DNA of 64,000 nucleotides from the NCBI GenBank assembly GCA_023565505.1, contig JAIMBI010000009.1:6547-70546 (forward strand). The letters run 5' to 3'. The notes beneath the pieces were generated by a model. The model made no database searches, had not been told where the DNA came from, and saw nothing but the letters and a program-made list of their open reading frames with translations. Source of the DNA: Actinomycetes bacterium (GTDB taxonomy: Bacteria; Bacillota; Sulfobacillia; Sulfobacillales; JAIMBI01). The first letter of the stretch is position 1; each line of letters starts with the position of its first letter. A program made the translations under genes and the position numbers. This document shows positions 44,360-54,143 of the stretch, in pieces.

Positions 44360-45343
44360 GTGGACATTCAGCTCAAGGTCAGGCGGCAGAATCCCGAGGG
44401 CGGGCAGACGCCCCATTGGTCCGAGTACACCCTGGACGTGCCGGACCACTACACCCTCCTCGACGCCCTCATCCAGGTGCGGGAGGAGGTGGACGAGACC
44501 CTCTCCCTCCGCTGCTCCTGCCGTAGCCACATCTGCGGCTCGTGCGGGATGCGCATCAACGGGCACGCGGGATTGGCCTGCAAGACGAAGATCCGGGAAC
44601 TGCCGCGCCAGATCACGGTGGAGCCGATGGGCAACCTGCCCGTCATCAAGGACCTCATCGTCGACCTGGAGCCGTTCTGGAACAAGCTCTACAGCATCGA
44701 TCCCTTCCTCAAGCCTGCCGGGGACCCGCCGGAGCGCGAGTACGTGGTGCCCCCGGAGACGATGCTCCACCTCGACGGCGTCATCAACTGCATCATGTGT
44801 GGGGCCTGCGTCTCCGACTGCGAGTCGCTCTCGGTCAATCCGCTGTTCATCGGGCCGACGGCCCTGGCCAAGGAATACCGGTTCGTCATGGACCCCCGGG
44901 ACGCGGCGGACCGCGAGCGCCTGCAGCAGATGAACGGCCCCGGCGGTGTGTGGGACTGCACCCACTGCTACCAATGCGTCGAGGTCTGCCCGAAGGACGT
45001 GGCGCCCATGGAGCGCATCATGGCCATGCGGCGGATCATGATGGACCTCGGGATGCAGAACCACAACGGCGCGCGGCGCGCCAACGCCTTCGTGGACCTG
45101 GTCGGCGAATACGGCCGCCTCGACGAGACCCGGCTGCTGATGCGGAGCCTCTCCGGCTTCGGCGAACTCCTCACCTACTCCAAGGTCGGCTGGCGGTCGT
45201 TGTGGAAGGGCAAGCTGCCCCCCATCCGCCCGCACCGGCTCGCCTCGGCGGCTACCATCCGCCGGATCTTCGAGCGTACCCGGCGCCAGCGGCCGCGTCG
45301 GTTCAAGCTCTATGAAGCCCAACAGGAAGGAGTCAAGGCATGA
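44360..45343 (+). CDS. sdhB: Succinate dehydrogenase/fumarate reductase iron-sulfur subunit with a ~80-aa C-terminal extension
   Basis: The 2Fe-2S motif is CSCRSHICGSCGMRING..ACK. The 4Fe/3Fe motifs are CIMCGACVSDC and CTHCYQCVEVCP. The GTG at 44360 follows GGGAGGTG. Confidence 0.85.
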   Translation: MDIQLKVRRQNPEGGQTPHWSEYTLDVPDHYTLLDALIQVREEVDETLSLRCSCRSHICGSCGMRINGHAGLACKTKIRELPRQITVEPMGNLPVIKDLIVDLEPFWNKLYSIDPFLKPAGDPPEREYVVPPETMLHLDGVINCIMCGACVSDCESLSVNPLFIGPTALAKEYRFVMDPRDAADRERLQQMNGPGGVWDCTHCYQCVEVCPKDVAPMERIMAMRRIMMDLGMQNHNGARRANAFVDLVGEYGRLDETRLLMRSLSGFGELLTYSKVGWRSLWKGKLPPIRPHRLASAATIRRIFERTRRQRPRRFKLYEAQQEGVKA

Positions 45344-46221
45344 AGTACGCGTTCTATCCGGGGTGCGTCGCCCAGGGCGGCGCGCCGGAACTGTACCAGT
45401 CCATGCGCGCAGTCGGGGAACGTCTGGGCTTTGAGCTGGAGGAACTGACGGAAGCGGCCTGCACCGGTGCCGGCGTCATCTCCGAACGCGATCCCCTGGC
45501 TGCGGACGTGGTGAACACGCGTACCTTCGCCATGGCCGAACGGCTGGGCCTGCCCATCCTCACGATCTGCAGCACGTGTACGGGCGTGATGTCGCAGGTC
45601 AACCGCCGTGTGACCCAGGACAGCGCCTACCTGGCGCGGGTCAATGAGTTCCTGGCGGAGGAGAACCTGTCCTACCGGGGGACGACGCAGATCAAGCACC
45701 TGTTGTGGATCCTCGTCGAAGACCTGGGGCTCGACCGCCTCAAGGAGATGATCGTGCGTCCGCTCACGGGTCTTCGGCTGGCGCCCTTCTACGGCTGCTA
45801 CATCGTGCGGCCGAGCGCCGCCGTCGACCCGCTGCGTCAGGGCCGGATGGGATACCTGGAACAGGTCATCCGCGTCCTCGGGGCCGAGCCGGCGGAGGAG
45901 TACCACGGCAAGGACAAGTGCTGCGGCTTCCCGTTGCTCGAGACCAACCGGACCAGTTCGCTGGCGCTGACGGGCAAGCGGCTGGACGAGGCGCGGGCGG
46001 TCGGCGCGGATGCGCTGGTGACGCCCTGCCCGCTGTGTCACCTCAACCTGGACGGTCAGCAGCCGGAGACCCCGCGGGCCGCGACCGAACGGCCCCTGCC
46101 GGTCCTCCATCTGCCCCAGGCGGTCGGTCTGGCGCTTGGCATCGCCCCGGAGCGGCTCGGGCTCCAGAAGCACATCGTGGACACCCGGCAATTGGTCGGC
46201 AAGCTGGCCGTGGCCGGCTAG
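45340..46221 (+). CDS. HdrB-like CCG-domain subunit (SdhE/SdhC of non-classical type E succinate:quinone oxidoreductases)
   Basis: There are two CCG-type Cys motifs: YPGC...CTGAG...CSTC, and YGCY...KCCGFP...PCPLCH. The start overlaps the sdhB stop. Confidence 0.8.
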   Translation: MKYAFYPGCVAQGGAPELYQSMRAVGERLGFELEELTEAACTGAGVISERDPLAADVVNTRTFAMAERLGLPILTICSTCTGVMSQVNRRVTQDSAYLARVNEFLAEENLSYRGTTQIKHLLWILVEDLGLDRLKEMIVRPLTGLRLAPFYGCYIVRPSAAVDPLRQGRMGYLEQVIRVLGAEPAEEYHGKDKCCGFPLLETNRTSSLALTGKRLDEARAVGADALVTPCPLCHLNLDGQQPETPRAATERPLPVLHLPQAVGLALGIAPERLGLQKHIVDTRQLVGKLAVAG

Positions 46222-46236
46222 CGCCGTCGCCGACCG

Positions 46237-46266
46237 GAAGGGCGGGGGCACGCGCCCCCGCCCTTC
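46237..46266. terminator. GC-rich hairpin between convergent operons
   Basis: GAAGGGCGGGGG / CCCCCGCCCTTC forms a 12-bp stem with loop CACGCG. There is no clear U tract. Confidence 0.45.
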
Positions 46267-46290
46267 GCGTTGCCGTCGGGCCGTGGCTGT

Positions 46291-47547
46291 CTATCGAGCG
46301 GCTTCGGTGACCTCCCCCGTCCAGCGGTCGTACAGGTACTCGGCCAGGTGCCAGACCCGGGTGGGCAGCTGGGCTTGCCGCACCCCGGCCTCGCACTGCA
46401 GCCCGCAGCCGGGGTTGTTGACGATCCAGACGTCGACCCGCTCCGTGCGGACCTCATCGACGTGCCGCTCCAAGATGCGCTGGGCCATCCCCGGCTCGTT
46501 GAGGTTGTAGACCCCGGCCGACCCGCAGCACCGGTCCTGGCCCGGCACGGGCACGAAGGTGTCGCCCGGCACGTTTTGCAGGATCTCGACGGGGGCTCCC
46601 CCCTGCCTGAGTCCGTTCACCAAGTGGCAGGAGTTCTGCAGGGCCACCCGCTCCCCCTTGCCGGCGTAGACCGGACGGCGCGGCAGATCCGCGAGAGCCG
46701 TCGCGAAGTCCTTCACCCGGCCCGCCCAGCGCGCGGCCACGGGGCCCCATTCGGGATCGTCGCGGAGGAGGTAGTCGTACTCCGCCAGCATGGCGCCGCA
46801 TCCGCCGGCATGCAGGACGATCCACGTGTCGTCCGGGAGATGCCGCCAGCGGGCGAGATTGGCCCGGGCCATGGCGCGGGCCTCCTCCTCCCGCCCGCTG
46901 TGGGCATGGAGCGCCCCGCAGCATCCTTGATCCGGTTCCACGATGACCTCCGCCCCCGCCGCCCGGAGGAGGGCGACGGCGGCGTCGTTCGCCTCGCGGT
47001 ATGCCGTGTCCATGACGCAGGTGGTGAAGAACCAGATGCGCGGGCGCGGGGCGGACGGGGCCGGGGGCATCGGCTTGGGCGCGAGCCGCGGCCGCGGTCC
47101 CGGCAGCAGGGCCGCCGCCGCCTTGAATCGGCGCGGCATGGGGAGGGACCGACCCCACTGCCCGAGCCGCACCAGACGCCGGAACCGGCGGCGCTGCCGC
47201 ACCAGGTCCAGCAGCATCGGGACGGTCTCGTGCCGCACGGTGAAGGCGGGACGGCGGTGGTAGAGGGCGGCGCGCGCCTCCTCCAGGACGCGGCCGTACC
47301 GGACGCCGGAGGGGCAGGCCGACTCGCAGGCCCGGCAGCCGAGACACAGCGACAGGGCGTCGGCCAAGCCCTGGCCGGCCTCGATCTCCCCCCGCCAAGC
47401 CGCCTCGACCAGGGACAGGCGCCCGCGGGGCGACGCGACCTCGGACCCGGTCTCCTGGTACGTGGGACAGGCGGGCAGGCAGAAGCCGCACTTGTTGCAG
47501 TGCTCGAGTTCGAAGACGGCTCCGTCGCTCAGGCTCAGCCGTTCCAT
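46291..47547 (-). CDS. glcF: Glycolate oxidase iron-sulfur subunit GlcF-like (2x 4Fe-4S plus CCG domains)
   Basis: CNKCGFCLPACP, CLGCRACESACP, and C-terminal CCG motifs (CCGALH, CCGSAG). The ATG at 47547 overlaps the end of glcDE. Confidence 0.8.
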   Translation of the reverse strand: MERLSLSDGAVFELEHCNKCGFCLPACPTYQETGSEVASPRGRLSLVEAAWRGEIEAGQGLADALSLCLGCRACESACPSGVRYGRVLEEARAALYHRRPAFTVRHETVPMLLDLVRQRRRFRRLVRLGQWGRSLPMPRRFKAAAALLPGPRPRLAPKPMPPAPSAPRPRIWFFTTCVMDTAYREANDAAVALLRAAGAEVIVEPDQGCCGALHAHSGREEEARAMARANLARWRHLPDDTWIVLHAGGCGAMLAEYDYLLRDDPEWGPVAARWAGRVKDFATALADLPRRPVYAGKGERVALQNSCHLVNGLRQGGAPVEILQNVPGDTFVPVPGQDRCCGSAGVYNLNEPGMAQRILERHVDEVRTERVDVWIVNNPGCGLQCEAGVRQAQLPTRVWHLAEYLYDRWTGEVTEAAR

Positions 47548-50024
47548 GCGCCATCGCCTCCGAAGATGCCGTGCGGATCCCACTCGCGCTGGATGGCCTG
47601 GGACAGGCGCCGGACCACGGGGTCCTCGGCCGGCGCGAAACCGGTCGTCGGCCGGCTGGCGACGGCCACGCGGTCCACCCACTCCGCCGGGCCCCAGACG
47701 GTCCCGTACCCGAACCACACCAGCCAGGGACCCCGCGGTGGTTCGGGGCCCTCCCATGGACCGGGACGGCGGGCCCCGAACCGGCCCTCGGGGGTGTGCA
47801 GGAGGGCCTGTCCCCACTCCGGCCGGGGATCGTCGCACGGCTCGCCGGCGTCGTCGGGCACCCGTCCCGTCCAGGCCGTGACCAGGCCGCGGTCGGTCCC
47901 GAGCAGGACCTGCGGCCAGTCCGGCTGCTTGAGCCAGGACCACGCCCACGCGGACTGCTCGGCGAGCGTGCCCGGCCGGATCCGCCACACGAGCGGTCGG
48001 AGCGGTCGGAGTTTCAGGATGACCGCCGTGGCGACCCCGAGCCGACCCCAGCTGCCCACGACGAGCTTGGTCATGTCGTAGCCGGCCACGTTCTTGATGG
48101 TGGGCCGGCCGAACCTGAGCGCACGCCCCTCGCCGGTTACGATGCGCACGCCCAGCACGTTGTCGCGGACGGGGCCCGCGCCCTGGCGGCGGAACGTCGG
48201 CAGCGCCGCCGCCACCACCCCGCCGACGGTCTCGGCCGGATCCCACGCGTCGACCGGCCATTCCAGGCCGTGTCGCGCCAGTTCCGCGGCCAGCGCCCCC
48301 ACGGGGGTCCCCGCCCGCACCACGGCCGTCAGGTTCTCGACGTCGAGATCCTCGATGCCGGCGAGCCGTCCCGTCTCCAGGGCCTGGCGGCCCGGAAGCC
48401 GCGGCACGCGGTGGGCCGCTCCGACGATCTGGAGCCGGGTGCCGGTGGCGATGGCCTCCCGGACCGCCTCCGCGACCTCGGCGTCGTCCGCCGGGGCCCA
48501 GTGGGGGGCGCGCGGCCCCTCGGCGGGCGGCACGGACGTCGGCGTCAACACGGCTTTGAACGGATTAAGGCGCCCTTCGGGATCGAAGACCCGCTTCATC
48601 CGCACCATCATGTCGAGCTCCTCGGGCCCGTACATGAGCGCCAGATTCTCGAGCTTGTCGATGCCGATCCCGTGCTCCCCGGTGATCGAACCGTTCCGGG
48701 CCACGCAGGCCTGGAGGATCTCGCGGTCGGCGGCCCGCATCCGCCCGACCTCCTCGGGGTCGGCCGGGTTGAAACTGATGTTGGGATGGAGGTTCCCGTC
48801 GCCGGCGTGGGCCACGGTGATGATGTTGACATGGTGCCGCTCGCCGATCCGGATGACCTCGGCGAGCATGTCGGCCAGCTTCGGCCGCGGGACGGTGACG
48901 TCCTGCACCCAGACGTGCTTCGAGTGCCGGGCCAGGGCCCCGTAGGCCGAGCGGCGGCCCAGCCACAGCCGGTCCGCCTCCGCCTGATTGCGGGCCGCTC
49001 GCAGCGTGAGGGCCCCGTCCTTCTGGGCCAGCTCGGCGATGCGCTGCTCGGCCTGGCGCCGCGTCTCGGCGTCGCCCTCCACTTCGATGAGCAGCACTGC
49101 GCCGGCGTCGGTGGGGTAGCCGGCGTGGACGAAAGCCTCCACCAGCCGGATGGACGCTTGGTCCAACAGTTCGAGGCAGGACGGCTCCACGTGCTCCGCG
49201 ATGAGCCGGCTCACCGTGCGCAGGGCCGACTCCGGATCCGGATAGGTCACGAGCAGTGTCGCTGTGCCCTGCGGCAGGGGACGCACGGCCAGGTCCGTCT
49301 CCGTGAGGAGCATCAGCGTGCCCTCCGACCCGCACACGAGGCCGGTGAGGTCGAGCTCGCCCGGCAGATCGCGGCGCTCCAGGCGGACCGGGGTGCCGTC
49401 GACCAGATAGCCGGCCACGCCGATGAGGTGGTTCGTGGTGACGCCGTACTTCACGCAGTGAGGGCCGCCCGAATTCTCGGAGACGTTGCCGCCCAGCGTC
49501 GAGATTCGGTGGCTGGCCGGGTCGGGCGGATAGAACAGGCCGAAGCGCGCCAGCGCCGCCTGGGCTTCGGCGTTGACCACGCCAGGTTCGGCTATCATCC
49601 GCAGGGCATCCGTCTCGATGCGGACGATCCGCTTCAGACGCGCCATGGAGACCACGACGCCGCCCACGAGCGGGATGGTGCCCCCGCTCAGGTTGGTCGC
49701 AGCCCCGCGTCCGATGACGGGCAGCCCGTATCGCGCGATGACGGCGAGGACCGGCCCCACCTGCTCCGGCTTCTCCGGGATGACCACGGCGTCGGGCCAG
49801 TAGCGTTCGCCGGTGGCGTCATAACTGTATGCGATGAGTTCGCTCGGTTCGTGGAGCACGTTGGACGGCCCCACAATCGCCGCCAGCTCCGCGACCAACC
49901 GGCGCCGCTGCTCGGGATCCGGCCCGGGCGGGCGGGGCGCCACGTAGGGGCGCTGTTGCTGACCCCACAACTGTATGACCGACATAGACCCTGGTGCCCG
50001 GGGCTTGACGCGGACCCTGATCAA
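47535..50024 (-). CDS. glcD: Fused FAD-linked oxidase GlcD-GlcE (glycolate oxidase subunits in one 829-codon ORF)
   Basis: The N-terminal half has GRGAATNLSGG and the GlcD C-terminus ...RLNPFKAV. The ORF continues without a stop into a second FAD-binding-4 domain (...LQIVGAAHRV..., ...IKNVAGYDMTKL...). Confidence 0.8.
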   Translation of the reverse strand: MIRVRVKPRAPGSMSVIQLWGQQQRPYVAPRPPGPDPEQRRRLVAELAAIVGPSNVLHEPSELIAYSYDATGERYWPDAVVIPEKPEQVGPVLAVIARYGLPVIGRGAATNLSGGTIPLVGGVVVSMARLKRIVRIETDALRMIAEPGVVNAEAQAALARFGLFYPPDPASHRISTLGGNVSENSGGPHCVKYGVTTNHLIGVAGYLVDGTPVRLERRDLPGELDLTGLVCGSEGTLMLLTETDLAVRPLPQGTATLLVTYPDPESALRTVSRLIAEHVEPSCLELLDQASIRLVEAFVHAGYPTDAGAVLLIEVEGDAETRRQAEQRIAELAQKDGALTLRAARNQAEADRLWLGRRSAYGALARHSKHVWVQDVTVPRPKLADMLAEVIRIGERHHVNIITVAHAGDGNLHPNISFNPADPEEVGRMRAADREILQACVARNGSITGEHGIGIDKLENLALMYGPEELDMMVRMKRVFDPEGRLNPFKAVLTPTSVPPAEGPRAPHWAPADDAEVAEAVREAIATGTRLQIVGAAHRVPRLPGRQALETGRLAGIEDLDVENLTAVVRAGTPVGALAAELARHGLEWPVDAWDPAETVGGVVAAALPTFRRQGAGPVRDNVLGVRIVTGEGRALRFGRPTIKNVAGYDMTKLVVGSWGRLGVATAVILKLRPLRPLVWRIRPGTLAEQSAWAWSWLKQPDWPQVLLGTDRGLVTAWTGRVPDDAGEPCDDPRPEWGQALLHTPEGRFGARRPGPWEGPEPPRGPWLVWFGYGTVWGPAEWVDRVAVASRPTTGFAPAEDPVVRRLSQAIQREWDPHGIFGGDGAWNG

Positions 50025-50845
50025 GGGTCCTCCCCGACCAGGTTCTCGCCCCTTTCCGAAGAGAATTTCCCCGAGGCAGGATGACCGTCGGGGAAGACCG
50101 AAGCCTGTCGGCCCCGCCGGGGTTTCCGGTCGGGACGCCTCGCTTCACCCACGGTCCATCTTAACATTCCGGGGTTCGGAAAACCGCGACGGCCCCTCGG
50201 TTGTCCCATGGAGACGCGCGGAGGATCTGGATCCGGGCGCCACGACCGCAGGGCCGGCGGTCCGAGGGGACCGGGACGCGGCGCCGCCGGGCCGTGGCGG
50301 GACGAGACGGCGCCGCGGCGGCCAGCTGACGGGGCCGGAGGCGCCGGGCAGCCCGTGGGCCTCCTCGGGAAAGGGTGAGGTCCCGGTCGTGGCGCCCCCG
50401 TAAACGTGGCGGCTTTGCCGTCGGCGGATTAAACTGGGGGGAGGCGGCCCTGGGCGGAGATCCAGGGAGGTTTACGCCGGCCCCCGCACGGCGGCGCGAA
50501 GGGCGGCCGGATCGGTCGGTCCGGAACCCGGGCGAGGGTTTCGGGTGGCATGGCCCGGCGCGGGCGGCGGGGATGGCCGTGCCGGCGGTGGGCGACCCAC
50601 GGTCCCCGCCGCGCCGTGGGTGGGGTGCCGCCGACGCCCGGTGTCGGACTCGTGTGCGTGTCCGGTCACGCGGCCTCCTGGCGTTTGCCGTCTGCGTCTG
50701 TCCGGGACGTCGGCGGTCTGGCTCCGGCGGGCCGGCACCGGTCGGCCCGGTCGCCGGGGAACGGAGGCCGGCGCGTGTTATCATGGTAACACCCAATCCT
50801 GTCCATCTGGGGTCCAGCCGGCAACGGCTAGAGGGAGGCGTACCG

Positions 50846-51169
50846 ATGGCTCTGGAACTGACGATCACCGACAAGGCGACCCAAGCGTTCAACCACTTGG
50901 CGGACGAGCGGGGGGCCACTTACGTCCGCGTCTGGGCGGGCCAGGCCTGCGGCTGCGGGCGCATCGGCTACCGGATGGCTTTGGAGGACGCGCCGGCGCC
51001 GGAGGACCTGCTCATCCCCGCGGGGGTGGTCCAACTCGTCGTGGCGCCGGAGTCCGCCCCCTTGCTCGACGGCGGCGTCATTGACTACGTGGACGAGCCG
51101 ATGCAGTCCGGGTTCACGATTCATAACCCGAACAACCAGACCAGCTGCGGGTGCGGCGGACACCACTGA
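50846..51169 (+). CDS. HesB/IscA-family iron-sulfur cluster insertion protein
   Basis: LTITDKATQAF...C-terminal SCGCGGHH. The ATG follows GAGGGAGG. Confidence 0.85.
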   Translation: MALELTITDKATQAFNHLADERGATYVRVWAGQACGCGRIGYRMALEDAPAPEDLLIPAGVVQLVVAPESAPLLDGGVIDYVDEPMQSGFTIHNPNNQTSCGCGGHH

Positions 51170-51172
51170 GAC

Positions 51173-51192
51173 GGCGCGGGACGGCCCGCGCC
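51173..51192 (+). terminator. Hairpin after the iscA-like gene
   Basis: GGCGCGGG ACGG CCCGCGCC followed by GCTTCGTCTT. Confidence 0.4.
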
Positions 51193-51201
51193 GCTTCGTC
51201 T

Positions 51202-51663
51202 TCACGCGAAGAGGTCGGGATCCCAGTCCAGGACCAGCCGGTGGCGGCCGTCCGGGTCCGGGCGGACGAGATAGTCCCGGTACCGGGCCGCCACGGTCGG
51301 GTCCGGCACGATCCAGTGCAGCACGTAGCACCCTTTCTGATCCAAGAGACGGTACAGGTCCGACCAGGCGGCCTCCTCCGAGGGACTGCCCGCGCTCCAC
51401 AGCACCAGGTCCTGGGCCTCGGCGCGTCCGGCGAGGTAGGCGGCGTCCGCGCCGGCGTAGCGGGCGGCCGCGCGCAGGCGGGCGCAGGCGGGGTCCGACC
51501 CGTCCAACGTGCCGGGAGGCACAGGGCCGACCACCTGGGTTGCATGCCCGGCGAAGAGCCCCAGGCGCGCCACCTGTTCCCACAGGCGGTTTCGTTCCGG
51601 GAACACCAGCCACAGGGTTCCAAAGTCCGCGGGAAGCCACGCCGGCCACCCCTCCCGGTTCAT
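51202..51663 (-). CDS. Hypothetical protein
   Basis: MNREGWPAWLPADFGTLWLVF... has ordinary composition. The start overlaps the upstream stop (ATGA). It is the C-terminal part of track ORF 51202..53397, the rest of which is out of frame with the flippase gene. Confidence 0.45.
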   Translation of the reverse strand: MNREGWPAWLPADFGTLWLVFPERNRLWEQVARLGLFAGHATQVVGPVPPGTLDGSDPACARLRAAARYAGADAAYLAGRAEAQDLVLWSAGSPSEEAAWSDLYRLLDQKGCYVLHWIVPDPTVAARYRDYLVRPDPDGRHRLVLDWDPDLFA

Positions 51664-52982
51664 CTGCCCACCCTCTCTTGCGGTTTTGCCCCGGGGAGTC
51701 GGGTACCCGGACCGCCCGGGAGCGGCGGCTTCCGGTGCCGGACGGCGCCGAGACCCATGGCCAAGACGGTTAGGCCCCAAATCCCCACCGAACGGTGCAC
51801 CAGGGCCGAAAGGCTGCCCACGGTCCACAGCGCGGCAAGCCAGGCGACGGTGCCGGCGGTGGCGAGCCCGACCAGCAGGCGGCCGCCGGCGGCAGCTTCG
51901 TAGTATAGCAGGACGACGACGAGCCCCTGAACCCCCATGGCGGCCGTGAAGCCCACGACGTACGGCAGGAGCGGAAAAAAGGCCGTGCCGAGCGTCAGCC
52001 GCACGATGGGCGGGCCGGCGGCCGCATACACCGCCAGCCCAGCCAGTCCGAGGGCGGCGGTGAGGGCCAGCGCGCGTGCCAGGTAGGCGGGTCCGCGGGC
52101 AGGATCCCTCTGCGCGGTGCTGAGCAGCACCGCCCCGATGGCCCCGCTGAAATAGGCCGGGGCCCGGCCCAACGTGGCCAGGCCGCTGTACAGACCCGCC
52201 GCCACGGGCGGTAGGGCGTGCTTCACCACGAGGACGTCGGCCGTGGTCATGACCGTGATCATCAGCCCGACCCAGCCGGCCCGGCCAAGCCCCCCGTGGC
52301 GGATCCGACCTTCCCCGGCCGCCCGGCCCAGGGCGCGCCGGGCCAGGACGACCGCGAATCCGGTGACGGCGGCGGTCAGGACCGGCATCAGGGCCACGAG
52401 ACCGGTCAGGCCCCAGCCCGCCAGCGCCGTGATGCCCGCCCCGCCGGCGCGGCTGACGGCGTCCAACGCCAGCAGCACCCCGACCGGCACGAACCGTCCG
52501 GCCCATTGCAGCACGCCGACGGCGACACCGTAAAGGAAGGCCGGGACCACCGCCAAGCCGGCGAGGCGGAGGAGTCCCACGGGCAGGCGGAATACGGCGG
52601 CGAGGCGGCCCGCCGCCGCGGCGGCGGCCAACCCCAAGAGCGCGCCCAGGGCCAGGGCGAGCGCCGCCGTGCGGCCGAAGGTTCGCGGGCTCTCCCCCGC
52701 GCGCGTGAACACGACGGCCACCGCGGCGACCGGCAACTCGAGCAGCGTCACGACCGTGCCGAGACCGGCCAGGACCCCGTAGGCGGCCGGCCCGAGCAGC
52801 CGCGCGACCACCACGTGGTACAGGACGTTCCCGAGTCCCGCGGCCAGGGCTCCGGCATTGAGCCAGAGCGTGTCCCGCCAGAACCGCGCCGGCCCCTCCC
52901 CCGTCCCCTGACCCGTCGGCATCGGTACAGGCACGCCTCCGCGCGTTGCGCCGGGGCCGGCGGCGGGCCGGCGGTCGGGCAA
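51660..52982 (-). CDS. Polysaccharide/oligosaccharide flippase-family (MOP/Wzx-like) membrane protein
   Basis: The protein has about 12 TMs, with N-terminal ...LGNVLYHVVVARLLGPAAYG... typical of polysaccharide-biosynthesis (PST) proteins. Confidence 0.6.
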   Translation of the reverse strand: MPDRRPAAGPGATRGGVPVPMPTGQGTGEGPARFWRDTLWLNAGALAAGLGNVLYHVVVARLLGPAAYGVLAGLGTVVTLLELPVAAVAVVFTRAGESPRTFGRTAALALALGALLGLAAAAAAGRLAAVFRLPVGLLRLAGLAVVPAFLYGVAVGVLQWAGRFVPVGVLLALDAVSRAGGAGITALAGWGLTGLVALMPVLTAAVTGFAVVLARRALGRAAGEGRIRHGGLGRAGWVGLMITVMTTADVLVVKHALPPVAAGLYSGLATLGRAPAYFSGAIGAVLLSTAQRDPARGPAYLARALALTAALGLAGLAVYAAAGPPIVRLTLGTAFFPLLPYVVGFTAAMGVQGLVVVLLYYEAAAGGRLLVGLATAGTVAWLAALWTVGSLSALVHRSVGIWGLTVLAMGLGAVRHRKPPLPGGPGTRLPGAKPQERVGR

Positions 52983-53090
52983 CGTTCTTTGGTAGTGCGG
53001 GAACGGCCGTCCGCCCCGGGCGGTCGGCCCCGGTCCGCTTCCGTTCGGAGGAAGTTTCGCCCGTCCGGGGCCGATCCCCTGCGCCGCCGG

Positions 53091-54092
53091 TCAGCGCTTG
53101 GCGACGGGGTGGATCTGCTGGATGAGCTGCTGCAGCAGGGAGGCGTTCTGGTAGCCCAGTCGCCAGACGGCGAACCCCCGCAGGTGGTGGGCCTTGCCCC
53201 ACTGGATCTTGCTCGCCAGGCCTTGCGGCGTCTCCCACCAAGCCGTGTGCAGGAGACCCCGGTCGTCGGTGTACGAGGCGGTCATCTCCTGGCTGGACGG
53301 GTCGTAGTGTGCCCGGGTCGCCAGAGCCGACGGGATGGCCGAGATCGGGAGGGTCTCGGCGTGGGTGGTGCCGCCGAGCCAGTCGTAGCCGTACCATGCC
53401 AGCCCCATGTCCAGCCGGTCGGCCGGGATGAACCGTAGGAGCCGCGTGATCTTGGCCTCGGCCCAGTCGGTGGCCGCCACCGGGCCCGGCGTGGAGCCGC
53501 TGTCGTGCTGGTCGTAGCTCATGACGACATAGGCGGTGACTTCTCGGTTGAGGCGGGCGAAGTCGTAGGCCCCGCCCGAGGCGGGCACGATGTCGAGATA
53601 AATGGCCGTGTTATGCGGCAGGAAGTCCTTCAGGTCGATGATGAAGGCCGTGAGATCGCGGGCGTACTGCGTCTGGGGCGGCTCAAAGTCGATGTCCACG
53701 CCCGCGTAGTGATGCTGGCGCACCAGCGAGGAGATCTGGCGCACGATCATCAGCCGGTCCCACAGGGACGCGAGGAACGTCTGCGGGCCCGGCGTGTTGA
53801 ACAGCGGCGCCACCGGAATCCCAAGCGAGGCGACCTGGGCGGCGATGGCCGGATCCACGCGGTCGACGATCCGGCCGTCCGGCTCGATGGAGTACCAGAA
53901 CGGCGCGAACACCGAGATGGCGTTGCGGTACCGCGGCAGGGGGTCCAGCGCGGTGTCCGTCCCCGCGGCCCAGAACCCGATGACCTCCGGAGCCGGGGCC
54001 GGCCGGGGCGACGCCCGGCCCGCCGTGCCGCACCCGCCCAGGACCACGGCCCATAGGACGGCCAGCGCCGCCGCACGTCCCCGTCTCGCCAC
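53091..54092 (-). CDS. Glycoside hydrolase family 18 (chitinase-like) lipoprotein
   Basis: Lipobox LGGCG. The GH18 catalytic motif is YAGVDIDFE. Confidence 0.75.
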   Translation of the reverse strand: MARRGRAAALAVLWAVVLGGCGTAGRASPRPAPAPEVIGFWAAGTDTALDPLPRYRNAISVFAPFWYSIEPDGRIVDRVDPAIAAQVASLGIPVAPLFNTPGPQTFLASLWDRLMIVRQISSLVRQHHYAGVDIDFEPPQTQYARDLTAFIIDLKDFLPHNTAIYLDIVPASGGAYDFARLNREVTAYVVMSYDQHDSGSTPGPVAATDWAEAKITRLLRFIPADRLDMGLAWYGYDWLGGTTHAETLPISAIPSALATRAHYDPSSQEMTASYTDDRGLLHTAWWETPQGLASKIQWGKAHHLRGFAVWRLGYQNASLLQQLIQQIHPVAKR

Positions 54093-54143
54093 ACGACTTC
54101 ACCTCGGCCACAGTATCGGCCCGAGGCGGTCCCGTTAGTCGGC

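Noticed and set aside
46270-50084. Long plus-strand ORFs 46270..48081 and 47571..50084
   Set aside because: They are antisense to the glcF and glcDE genes and are Arg/Gly/Pro-rich.
51664-53397. Upstream 578 codons of ORF 51202..53397 (-)
   Set aside because: They are out of frame with the hydrophobic flippase-like ORF 51660..52982, which is far more protein-like. Only the last 153 codons (51202-51663) were kept.
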